Source of the DNA: an uncultured delta proteobacterium
Lineage (GTDB): Bacteria > Myxococcota_A > Polyangia > Polyangiales > B10-G4
Direction of reading: 5' to 3'
Length of the DNA: 64,000 nucleotides
NCBI GenBank assembly: GCA_963727445.1
Contig: CAVSGI010000015.1
Location: 384,001-448,000 of the forward strand
Shown here: in pieces, positions 36,991 to 48,114 of the stretch
How the letters are laid out: every line of letters starts with the position of its first letter
How positions within the stretch are numbered: position 1 is the stretch's first letter
Made by a program: the position numbers and the translations under genes
Notes under the pieces: model-generated
What the model was told of the DNA's origin: nothing
The model's input: only the letters and a program-made list of their open reading frames with translations
Database searches by the model: none

Positions 36991-38972
36991 CACTCCCCCA
37001 CGTCGATCTTCGACAGCACTTCGCGCGCGCTCGCGCGCAGCGCCGCGGCCTCGGCGTTCAGTCGCTTCTGCTCGGCGTAGAGCTCCTTCTGTCGGTCCAC
37101 CACCTGAGACAGCTCGTGGACCCAGCGCATCCTCAGAGCGCCTTCCTCACCGTCGGGGCGAAGCACGCCGAGCTGCTCCTTGAACGCTTCGGCCTGCGCG
37201 GCGAGCGCGGCCATCTCGGCGTCGAGCTGGCGTGCGTGGGCTTCGAGATCGGAGGCCTGCTGCCAGACATCCATGGTGTTTCGGAGCGTCTCCGAGGTCT
37301 CGTCGTCGAGCTTGTCTCCGGTGAGCCATGTCTTGAGGCGGTGCATGTCGAGGCGTTCGAGCTCGAGGCGATAGTCGTGGAGCCAGCGCTCGACGAAGAC
37401 CGCATCGGTGGTGCTTCGGGGCGCGGCTTCCACGGCGAAGCGCCAGTGGGTCGTCGTCTCTTCCACCGGCTTGATGCCCTCCACCACCCGGTGATCGGGG
37501 CGCTTCGGCACCTCGAAGATGACGGTGATCGGCTCGTCGTGATCGCTCTCTACCACCAGCTTGTGGGTGTCGCGCCGTTCGTGCGTCTCCCAGGCGACGA
37601 GGCCCTTGATGCGGATCCCGTCGAGGCGCACCGAGTTCAGCGCGCTCCGGCTGCAGCGGACGGCGAGATCGCGCGCGAAGGGCAGGCGCACCTCGGCGCC
37701 GCGCGCGCTGTAGGGCACCATCGCCTCCCCGCCGTAGCTACCGCCGTCGTAGATCACCGCCGGGCCCTCTTCGAGCACCGCGTTGGTGGTGTTGTCGAAG
37801 CGCAGCACGATGTCCGGCGCCGGCCCCTGACCGTCGCGCCAGATGCGCTCGCGCTTCGTCGTCACCTTCGACGAGAGGATCGGCACCATCGCCGAGCCGC
37901 CGCGCCGGAGCGTCACCGGCTGCCCGATGCGGTACTCGAAGTGTTCGGCGCGATCGCCGCTCTCGACGTCTTCGGCGAAGCGACTCTCGGCGCCCATGGT
38001 CGCCTCCTCCGCCGCCATGTCGTAGCTTCGCACGGCCGTCTGGCTGTAGGCGCCGCCGCCACCGATGCCCTGGGGTGCCGAGGGCGCCGGCGCCGCCCTG
38101 GGCGCGGGCGGGGGCGGCGGGCCGCCCGGCGCGCCCCGCGTCCTCTGCGCCGGCGCGATCTTTCGCGGCGCCGCCACCGCCCGGCTCGACTCCTCGAGGC
38201 GCGCCCGCGCCACGGTGCGTGCCTCGTAGAGCTCGGTGACGAAGGAGACCGGCTGGCCCGTGGTGAGGGTGAGGCGGATGTCCTCGAGGTCTTCGTCGGC
38301 CGGGTTGTGGACGATGGCCCACGCCATGAGCGTGACTTCTTCGTCGTTGGCGACGACCCGATAGGAGACGCGCCAGATCGGCGCCGGGATCGTGTAGGCG
38401 ACGCGCAGGTCCTTCACCGTGCCGTCGAGGTCGACGCGCACCCGCCGATGTTCGCGGTCGTTGGCAGCGCGGCTCTTGTCGACGAGCCATGCGAGATCGG
38501 CGCGGCTGGTCTCCTCGTCGAGCGCCATGCGCTGGATCACGTGCGCGTCCACCAGGGTGATCTGGCCGTCGTCGTCGCGGATCAGGAGCCGCTCGCGAAC
38601 GCGACCGTCGCCGTCCTGATCGCGGTCGACCCCGAGCACCTCGCCCGCTCGGCTCTTGCCGCCCACGTCCACCGACACTCGGCGGCCGCGCAAAGCTTGC
38701 AACAGGCCGCGAAAGGCCATCCCAGGCTCGAGCAAGAGCCCCCGTTCCGCGAGCTCTTCAGCGGGATCGTCGGGCGCCTCGAAGGTCGCCGCGCCCACCG
38801 TCCCCTCGCCGTCTGCCACCCAGACAGCGAAGGATTTCAGCACGTCGTTCATCTCGTCGCGCCGGAACGACAGCTCGAAAGGACCGGAGGCCGGTCCGCC
38901 TCTCTCCAGGTAGGCCACGCCATGTTTGAACACCACGAGGCGTCGCACGCGGGGTGATTCCGGGGATGTCAT
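36990..38972 (-). CDS. DUF4139-like protein with C-terminal coiled coil
   Basis: VVFKHGVAY, MNDVLKS, APIWRVSYR, WAIVHN..EDL..LTLTTGQPVSF, VTLRRGGSAMVP, LEEGPAVIY; no signal peptide seen. Confidence 0.7.
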   Translation of the reverse strand: MTSPESPRVRRLVVFKHGVAYLERGGPASGPFELSFRRDEMNDVLKSFAVWVADGEGTVGAATFEAPDDPAEELAERGLLLEPGMAFRGLLQALRGRRVSVDVGGKSRAGEVLGVDRDQDGDGRVRERLLIRDDDGQITLVDAHVIQRMALDEETSRADLAWLVDKSRAANDREHRRVRVDLDGTVKDLRVAYTIPAPIWRVSYRVVANDEEVTLMAWAIVHNPADEDLEDIRLTLTTGQPVSFVTELYEARTVARARLEESSRAVAAPRKIAPAQRTRGAPGGPPPPPAPRAAPAPSAPQGIGGGGAYSQTAVRSYDMAAEEATMGAESRFAEDVESGDRAEHFEYRIGQPVTLRRGGSAMVPILSSKVTTKRERIWRDGQGPAPDIVLRFDNTTNAVLEEGPAVIYDGGSYGGEAMVPYSARGAEVRLPFARDLAVRCSRSALNSVRLDGIRIKGLVAWETHERRDTHKLVVESDHDEPITVIFEVPKRPDHRVVEGIKPVEETTTHWRFAVEAAPRSTTDAVFVERWLHDYRLELERLDMHRLKTWLTGDKLDDETSETLRNTMDVWQQASDLEAHARQLDAEMAALAAQAEAFKEQLGVLRPDGEEGALRMRWVHELSQVVDRQKELYAEQKRLNAEAAALRASAREVLSKIDVGE

Positions 38973-39037
38973 GGAGGGGAGTAGACCACGACATAGATCA
39001 CCGTGCGAGGACCGCCGAATGGTCCTAGTATCCCCCC

Positions 39038-40052
39038 GTGCTTCGATGTCTTTTGTCAGCGCTGGTGGCGCTGATCATCCTCCCCGCCTGCTCCCCCAAC
39101 CTCGGTACGTGTGACGAGCCCACCGCGCGGAAGGTCGTCTACACCGCCGACATGAACGGCTACCCGGCGTACCAGGGCCAGGCGCTGATCCACGCCTCCT
39201 GCGGAGCCGGCACGTTCTGTCACTCGCAGGCGGCGACCCTGGCGCTGCGCAACGGCGTGCCTTTCGGGCTCGACTTCGACATGGGCCTCGCCAGCGACGC
39301 GCTGAGCACGGAGCGGCTGCGCCAGGGCCAGCTCAACGTCTTCGACAACAGCGGCGACATCCTCGGGACAATCGAGGGTGGCACCATGCCGCCGGGCGAG
39401 ATCGGCCGGAACATCGCCAACGCCGGTCCGCCATACGACGGCCTTCCCGGGCTCGACACCCCCGAGGGGGTGGACATCGTCCGCAACTGGCTCGCTTGCG
39501 GGGCGCCGGTGGTGGAGCGCGTGCGCGACGACCGCCCCTCGGGCGTCCAGCCCGTCGGTGCGATCGAGCCCGCCATGCCGGCGGTGCCCGCATGCGACTT
39601 CACGATGTGCGACAGCACCTGCGTCGACACCATGACGAATCGGAACAACTGCGGCGGCTGCGGCATGGCGTGCGCCGGCGATCAGAATCTGCGACGGAGG
39701 GGCGTGCGTGTCGTGTGCGGGCTTCGCCACCTTCAGCGGCGACGTCGAGCCCATCATCCAGAGCTACGGGTGTGACGCCATCGGCTGTCACGGGGCCCGG
39801 GGCCCCTCCAACGGCCTCGTGCTCGACCCGAGCTCGGCCTACGGCGCGCTCGTCGATGCGCCTTCGACGTGCCTCGACGGCCGAAAGCTCGTCGTTCCGG
39901 GGGACGTCTCGATGAGCTACCTGATCAACAAGCTCACGGGCGTCGACATGTGCAGCGGTGACCGGATGCCTCTAGGGACGCGAACGGGCATCATGCCGTC
40001 GGAGATGCAGGCGATCGAGGCGTGGATCTGCGCTGGCGCGATGAACGACTGA
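39038..40052 (+). CDS. Lipoprotein with two atypical cytochrome c domains and a Cys-rich module (apparent +1 frameshift near 39686)
   Basis: Lipobox PAC; CGAGTFCH..TMPP..NWLACGAP; CVDTMTNRNNCGGCG module; CDAIGCH..RMPL..AWICAGA; removing one A joins the frames into 337 aa. Confidence 0.7.
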
Positions 40053-40070
40053 GAGACAGGGAGGACCGAC

Positions 40071-40918
40071 ATGGCCGAGGGGGCGACGAGGGGGCCGAGC
40101 AGCCCCTCACAATTCATGGGGGTGAACGCGTTGGTGACCGGCGGCGCCAGTGGGCTGGGCCGCGCTTTCTGTGAGGAGCTCGGGCGGCGCGGCGCGCGGG
40201 TGCTCCTTACCGATCTCGACATCGACGGCGCGCTCGAGACGGCGCGCCGGGTGGAGAGCGCCGGCGGACAGGCCCGGGCTGTCGAGGCGGACGTCGCCTC
40301 CTTCGAGCGGATGCAGGAGGTGGCCGAGGAGGCCACCGAGTATCTGGGAGGCGTCGACCTGCTGATCAACAACGCGGGCATCGGCGCGGGCGGTCCCTTC
40401 GAAGAGCTGACGATCGACGTCTGGCGCCAGTGCATCGACGTCAACCTCTGGGGCGTCATCTACGGCTGTCATCTCTTCGCGCCGAAGATGGCGGAGCGCG
40501 GCCGCGGCTTCATCATCAACGTCGCCTCGGCGGCGGGCCTGCTCGCTGCGCCCGAGATGGCTCCCTACAACGTGACCAAGGCCGGCGTGGTCTCCCTCTC
40601 CGAGACCCTCCACGCCGAGCTCGGGCCCAAGGGCGTTCACGTCACAGCCCTCTGCCCGACCTTCTTCCGTACACGCATCATGGACAACGCCCGCGGCGTC
40701 GCGGACGACGAGATGAAGAAGCTCATCGGCCGCATGATGGACCGCTCGAAGGTGCAGGCGCCCGACGTCGCGCGGATCGCGCTCGAGGCGGTGTACGAAG
40801 GGCAGCTCTACGCTGTTCCCATGCGCGACGGCCGCATGTACTGGCGGCTCAAGCGCGCCGTGCCGCAGCGATACGCCAAGCTCGTCTCGCAGCTCACGCG
40901 AAGCCGCCTCGAGAAGCT

Positions 40919-40934
<16 letters not shown>
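40071..40934 (+). CDS. Short-chain dehydrogenase/reductase
   Basis: VTGGASGLG, NNAG, VASAAG, YNVTK (YxxxK); GGAGG RBS upstream. Confidence 0.93.
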
Positions 40935-42667
<1,733 letters not shown>

Positions 42668-42705
42668 CGCGGGTGGGACTCTATCAGGTTTCCCGGCCTT
42701 GGTTT

Positions 42706-44412
42706 CTAGCGGCGGTTGACGGGCTGGAGCTCGAAGGAAAAGTGGACGCGCCCCCCTTCACCTGTGCGTGACGGCCCCAGGTTGACGCCGTCGAGGTGTG
42801 ACTGAATGCAGAGGCGCACGTCGGTGTACGAGTCGCCTCCGTGCGGGCCGTAGCTCCCGGGGACCAGATCGCCCTCGGCAGTCGTGTCCGCCTCCAGCAT
42901 CACCGTCCAGTTGTGTTCTGGCATCGGGCGATGCCGCGGCCAACACGAGCTCCAGTCGAAGTGGGTGGTGAGGTTGCCCTGTCGCCACTCCCGGTGCCCA
43001 CCGTATTGGAAGAGCCGTGGAACGAGACGGACCAGTCGCCGCCGGGGACGCTGCGGTGCTGCGGGAGTTGGCGCGGGGTCTTCCTCGGGCTTGGGCTCCT
43101 CGTCCAGCTCTTCCTCTTCGCCCACCGCTCCCTCTTCGCCCACCGCTCCCACTTCGTTCTCTGGCACCATCGCGCTCCCCGTATCGACAGCTCCCATCCC
43201 GTTCGTCGCGGCCGGAATCACAGCGACAGAAGCGGCGGTGGGGGGACGCTCTGCTCTCTGCATGAAGACGTAGGTCCCCCCCACCCCGGCGACGAGCGCC
43301 CCGAGAACGATCGCCGGCATCAGCCAGCCGAAGCTCCGCGTCTCTGCAGGCGCGGCCGCGGACGGCGCGGTCGGCGCGTGCGCGGGCTCGGACGGCGCGG
43401 TCGACGCTTGTGCGGGCTCGGGCATCGGCGCAGGCCGAGTCGGCGTCAGCGGCTCGATCGCGACCGGCGTCACGACCGTCGCGGGCACGACGGGCTCGGG
43501 CGTCGCCACGGTGCTCGCGACGCCCAACGCTTCGCGCGGCATCGGGGTCTCCGTCTTCGGCTCGAAGCCGGCGAGCGCCTCGCTCATCTCCTCCGCGCTC
43601 GCGAAGCGCTCGCTCCGGTCCTTCGCGAGGGCGCGCGTCACGACGGCGACCAGCTCGGGGCTCAGGTCGGGCCGCAGCTCGAGGATCGGACGCGGCGTGC
43701 CGGTGAGGATGGCGACCAATAGGGCGTTGTAGTTGCTGGCCACGAGCGGTGGCTGGCCGGTGAGCGCCTCGTACATGACGGCGCCGAGGGAGTAGAGATC
43801 GGCGCGCGCGTCGATGGCCTGATCGCCGCGGGCTTGCTCCGGCGACATGTAGAGCGGCGTACCGACGATCAGCCCCGTCGCCGTCAGCTTCGCCGCGGTG
43901 TCACCGTCGAGGAGCTTCGCGATGCCGAAGTCGAGGATCTTCACGACGTCGCCGACGCCCGCGGTCTTCTTCAAGAAGATGTTGTCCGGCTTCAGGTCGC
44001 GATGGACGAGCGGGACCGCGTGGGCCGAGGCGAGGCCGGCGAGAGCACCCCGGGCGACGGCCGCCACCTCTGCTTCCGAGAGCGGGCCCCTCTCCATGCG
44101 CCTCGACAGCGGCTCCCCCTCGAGGAGCTCCATCGCGAGCCAGACCGATCCGTCGTCCTCGTGACCGAAATCGAGGACCTCCACGATGTTCGGGTGACTC
44201 AGGCGCGCGGCCTGTTCGGCCTCGCTCTTGAAGCGCGCGACCAACGCCGGGTCGGTGGAGAGCGCAGGCAGCAGGATCTTGATCGCGACCTCCCGCCCGA
44301 GGCTGGTCTGCACGGCGGTGTACACCGTGCCCATCCCGCCCCGGCCGAGCTCGTCGTTCAGACGATAGCGGCCTCCGAGGAGCCTGCCATCGTGATCGTC
44401 GTCATCGGCCAT
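42706..44412 (-). CDS. Membrane Ser/Thr protein kinase, tandem paralogue of 40919-42667
   Basis: LGRGGMG, HRDLKPDN, DFG, GTPLYMSPE; same architecture; start 44412 (ATG) or 44418 (GTG). Confidence 0.93.
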   Translation of the reverse strand: MADDDDHDGRLLGGRYRLNDELGRGGMGTVYTAVQTSLGREVAIKILLPALSTDPALVARFKSEAEQAARLSHPNIVEVLDFGHEDDGSVWLAMELLEGEPLSRRMERGPLSEAEVAAVARGALAGLASAHAVPLVHRDLKPDNIFLKKTAGVGDVVKILDFGIAKLLDGDTAAKLTATGLIVGTPLYMSPEQARGDQAIDARADLYSLGAVMYEALTGQPPLVASNYNALLVAILTGTPRPILELRPDLSPELVAVVTRALAKDRSERFASAEEMSEALAGFEPKTETPMPREALGVASTVATPEPVVPATVVTPVAIEPLTPTRPAPMPEPAQASTAPSEPAHAPTAPSAAAPAETRSFGWLMPAIVLGALVAGVGGTYVFMQRAERPPTAASVAVIPAATNGMGAVDTGSAMVPENEVGAVGEEGAVGEEEELDEEPKPEEDPAPTPAAPQRPRRRLVRLVPRLFQYGGHREWRQGNLTTHFDWSSCWPRHRPMPEHNWTVMLEADTTAEGDLVPGSYGPHGGDSYTDVRLCIQSHLDGVNLGPSRTGEGGRVHFSFELQPVNRR

Positions 44413-44437
44413 GGGCACCAGTCACCGTAACCTACGC

Positions 44438-45367
44438 CTACCTGGGCGGGACACCGAGCTCGGCCCGTACCTCTTCGAGAGGGCGCGCGAAGTGCGGCCA
44501 GGGATCCCACGCGGAGAGGTCCGTGTTCGACGCGGCGCCCCGCTCGAGCGCGCCCAGGACGGGGGCGGCGTCGAAGAGCCCGGTGTCGGAGGGCGAGTAA
44601 GGGGAGACGCGGATGCCGAGGTGGAACTGGAGCGCGATGGTGAAGAGCCAGAAGAAGGGGTCGACCTTCTTGTAGCCGGCGATGAACGCCACCAAGAGGA
44701 CCTCTTCCCGCGGTGAGGTGTCGTAGCCGGCCAGGACGTGGGTGACGTCGTGCCACAGACCGCTCTCCGGGACGGCGCGCGCTTCGCCGGGAAAACCGAG
44801 ATCGTTTTCGAGGATGAAGTCGAAGTACGCGCGACCGAAAGTGCCTGGCGAATGCTCGCCGAGGGCGATGTACTTCCGCGCGAGCGCGTAGTCGCGCGCC
44901 ATCCCCACCATCGGCCCGACGATCTGCCACAAACCGATGAAGCCATCCTCCTTCAGGCGCTCGACGAAGACGTCTCGGGCGAAGGAGCGGCGTGCGAGGT
45001 CGCACCACATGAGCTTCACGTGGCCGTGGGCCAGCTGGGTCAGGTTCCTGACGCGCGGCTCGTCCACACCGAGGGCCTGAGCCCATGCGCGTATCGTGTC
45101 GAGCTCGGCCTCGCGAACGTCGCCGTCCATGAGCGCCATGAGGATCATCGCCTGGACGATGCGTTCGCGTGCCGCGGGTTTTGGCACCGCATCGGCGACC
45201 TCCTCGGGGGTGGCCACGAGCCTTCGGTCATCGACGCGGTAGATCTTCGCGGCCGCCGACAAGAGCGCGGCTTCGTCCGCGGCGAAGTCGGCATCGGCGC
45301 GCGCCACCGCCGCCATCGCCGCCAGCCCCATCTTCGCCTCGACCTCGTCGACCCCCAGTAGACGCAT
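44438..45367 (-). CDS. TerB-like plus Coq4-like metal-binding protein
   Basis: AVARADA..DE and MALMDGDVREAE (TerB-like); PGTFGRAY and WHDVTHVLAGYDTSPREE (Coq4-like HDxxH..E). Confidence 0.6.
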   Translation of the reverse strand: MRLLGVDEVEAKMGLAAMAAVARADADFAADEAALLSAAAKIYRVDDRRLVATPEEVADAVPKPAARERIVQAMILMALMDGDVREAELDTIRAWAQALGVDEPRVRNLTQLAHGHVKLMWCDLARRSFARDVFVERLKEDGFIGLWQIVGPMVGMARDYALARKYIALGEHSPGTFGRAYFDFILENDLGFPGEARAVPESGLWHDVTHVLAGYDTSPREEVLLVAFIAGYKKVDPFFWLFTIALQFHLGIRVSPYSPSDTGLFDAAPVLGALERGAASNTDLSAWDPWPHFARPLEEVRAELGVPPR

Positions 45368-45391
45368 GGCTGGACTCTATACTCGTTCCCC

Positions 45392-46315
45392 GTGAGGGCC
45401 GAGCGCATCCTGAGGTGGTCCGCCGTGGGCGGCGCATTCGTGTGGATCGCGCTTCGCGTGATGACCGAGCTTTCGCCGACGGCGCGCGTCCTCGCGGTCG
45501 CTCCGCTGGTCGTGGTGCCCCTCGCGCTCTCGCTCCTGCCCCTCGGGACGCGCCGCGGGGCGCTGGTGATCGCGCTGTCGCAGCCGCTCGGCGCGGCCTG
45601 CGCGACCGTCTCGCTCCTCACGGACGTCGGCGCACGGGCCGCGGCGCTCGCGGCGGTTTGGCTCACGTTCGTCGCCGGCACCTGCACCTACGCGGCGCTG
45701 CGTCTGCTCGCGGACGACGCACCCGACCGTACGCGCGTCAGCTATCTCGCGGCGCTGCTCTTTTGGCCGGTGGGCGGTGCATGGATGGTCGCGGCGCGCG
45801 CCGGGTGGACGGTCCTCGGCTTCGACGGCTTCTGGGCCGAGCTCACGGCGATCCACTTCCACTACATGGGCCTCGCCGCCCCGATCCTCGTCGGCCGCAT
45901 GCTCGCGACGAAGGGGCCCGGCCTCGGCACCACGCTCTCGCTCGTGGGGATCACCCTCGGGCCGGTCCTGGTCGCCGCCGGGATCACGGTCTCACCAGTC
46001 GCCGCGCTCCTCGGAGCACTCTCGATGGCCGCGGGCCTCGGCGTGCACGGTGTGCGATCGCTCTGGCCGCCCGGTCGGCCCCGGCGCCTGGCCGTCGTCT
46101 GCTTCTGGATATCGGCGATCTCGGTTCTCTTCTCGATGCCCCTCGCCGTCATCTGGGCATGGGGAACGGCCGCGGGGACGATGCCCTTCGGCCTCGACCT
46201 CGGCTGGATGATCCGCCTTCACGGCATGGCGAATGCGCACGGCTTCTGCCTGGTGGGTTTGATCGGTTGGGTGCTCCTCGAGGGGGAGGTGGCTTCACCC
46301 GCCGGCGATCCGTGA
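45392..46315 (+). CDS. YndJ-like integral membrane protein
   Basis: Highly hydrophobic; LTAIHFHYMG and WMIRLHGMANAHGF motifs characteristic of YndJ-like proteins. Confidence 0.75.
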   Translation: MRAERILRWSAVGGAFVWIALRVMTELSPTARVLAVAPLVVVPLALSLLPLGTRRGALVIALSQPLGAACATVSLLTDVGARAAALAAVWLTFVAGTCTYAALRLLADDAPDRTRVSYLAALLFWPVGGAWMVAARAGWTVLGFDGFWAELTAIHFHYMGLAAPILVGRMLATKGPGLGTTLSLVGITLGPVLVAAGITVSPVAALLGALSMAAGLGVHGVRSLWPPGRPRRLAVVCFWISAISVLFSMPLAVIWAWGTAAGTMPFGLDLGWMIRLHGMANAHGFCLVGLIGWVLLEGEVASPAGDP

Positions 46316-46328
46316 CAGACTCCCCGCC

Positions 46329-48080
46329 GTGAATCGCTTCCTGCTCCTCGGACTCTTCCCCTTCATCGCACTGGCCTTCGCCTGCGGCGACGACGGGGCC
46401 GTCACGCCCGACGGCTCGCTCGACGCGTGCGCGGATTGTGACGCGGCGATGGACGCGCCAGCGGATACGACAGCGCCTCCCGAGCCGTGTGCGATGGAAG
46501 GCGAGGTCGCGTGCTCGGCCGACGCATCCGCCGTCCGCACCTGCACCGGCGGCTTCTGGGTCGACGACCCCTGCGCGCCCGCGACCGAGATCTGCGACGC
46601 TGGCGGCTGCGTCACGCGCTGGACCTACGGCGCGCCGTCCTACGATCAGTGCGAGGATGCCGAGAACGCGACCCCCGAGACGCTCGCGGACAAGGCCGCC
46701 TACTTCGACGAGCTCGCGGTCCGCCTGAGCCTCTCGCCCTCGCTCGGTGCGGTGACGGAGGTCGTCCTGACGGGGGGCGCCGACGAACACACCGCCACGA
46801 CCGCCGACATCGCCGCGCGCGGCATCACCGAGAACAATGGGCTCTGGAATGCGCTGTACATGGCGTCTCAGGCGTATCGCCATGCGGCCACCGGCTCCGC
46901 CGACGCTCTCGAGACGCTCCGGATCCTCGTCAGGGGCGAGGAGGATCGCATGGCGATCACCGGGGTCCCCGGCAATTTCACGCGCCGCTTCATCCTGGCG
47001 GATACGGTCGGCGCCGCGTGTCCGACCGACCCCGCCGAGTACACCGTCGACGTCGAGAAGGACGACAACCGCTGGGTGCAGATCCGCGACGACGGCTGCG
47101 CATGGGCCGTCGACAACGAGACCGGCGAGTGGTTCGACTCGGGGCACTGCGTGGACCCGCGCTTCGCCGGGGGCTGCTTCTTCGACAACGTCTCGCAGGA
47201 CGAGGTGGTCGGACACGTGCTCGGGCTCGCGGCGGTGGCGACGCTGGTGGACGATGCCGACGTTTCGTCCCGCGCCGCGGCGCTCCTCGAAGCCGTCGGG
47301 CTCCACCTCGTCGAAAACCAGATGCAGTTCGTCGACTGGGACGGGCGCGTGACCGAGCACGGCATGATCCTGTCGCCCATCCTGGGCCTCGCCTTCGTGC
47401 GCGTCGCCGGCCTGGTGAGCGGGAACGAAGAGATCCTCCGCTTCTACGACGAGTGTCTCCTGCAGAACGCATCTCCGCCCGACAACACCTGCGTGCCGTG
47501 GCTGGCCAGCTTCCTGCCCCTCGATCGCTACCTGTCGATCACGCTGCTCTACCCGGACGAGACCGCCTGCCGCGCGAACTGGAACAACATGAGCATGGCG
47601 CTCGCTTCGTTGAACGCCTGGCTCAGCGTCGAAACCGACCCGGAGATGGCCCGGGTGGTGCGCCAGGTTCTCGACGAAGACGTGATGCGCTACGACAACA
47701 CGCGCGCGATGATCGTTCAGCACAACCCGTGGTGGAACTTCATCTGGGCGCGCGACAAGGCTCTCGGTCCCGAGAGTGACGGCCCGGCCCTGGAGCCCGT
47801 TCGTGAGGGCATCTGCGCGCTGCGCCAGGTACCGGCGACGCGCGGACAGGTCGCGCGCGATCCCTCGGCCGACCACCCCACCGTTTGCATGGGGCGGCTG
47901 GACGAATCGCTGACGGACGTGCCGCTCCGACCCGACGAGCGCTGCCCGAAGTCCTTCCTCTTCTGGTTCAACCCCTACGACCTCGCCACTTGTAGCGACC
48001 AGCCGGAGCGTCTCCAGCAGCCCGGCGACTATCTGCTGCCGTACTGGATGGGGCGCTACTACGGGTTCATCGACGGCTGA
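46329..48080 (+). CDS. Hypothetical lipoprotein with large helical domain
   Basis: Lipobox FAC-GDD, Cys-rich module, then NNGLWNALYMASQAYR, DNVSQDEVVGH, DYLLPYWMGRYYGFI; function not recognised. Confidence 0.7.
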   Translation: MNRFLLLGLFPFIALAFACGDDGAVTPDGSLDACADCDAAMDAPADTTAPPEPCAMEGEVACSADASAVRTCTGGFWVDDPCAPATEICDAGGCVTRWTYGAPSYDQCEDAENATPETLADKAAYFDELAVRLSLSPSLGAVTEVVLTGGADEHTATTADIAARGITENNGLWNALYMASQAYRHAATGSADALETLRILVRGEEDRMAITGVPGNFTRRFILADTVGAACPTDPAEYTVDVEKDDNRWVQIRDDGCAWAVDNETGEWFDSGHCVDPRFAGGCFFDNVSQDEVVGHVLGLAAVATLVDDADVSSRAAALLEAVGLHLVENQMQFVDWDGRVTEHGMILSPILGLAFVRVAGLVSGNEEILRFYDECLLQNASPPDNTCVPWLASFLPLDRYLSITLLYPDETACRANWNNMSMALASLNAWLSVETDPEMARVVRQVLDEDVMRYDNTRAMIVQHNPWWNFIWARDKALGPESDGPALEPVREGICALRQVPATRGQVARDPSADHPTVCMGRLDESLTDVPLRPDERCPKSFLFWFNPYDLATCSDQPERLQQPGDYLLPYWMGRYYGFIDG

Positions 48081-48114
48081 CCAGCGATCGCGCCGAGCCG
48101 AGCCGGGGAGCCGA

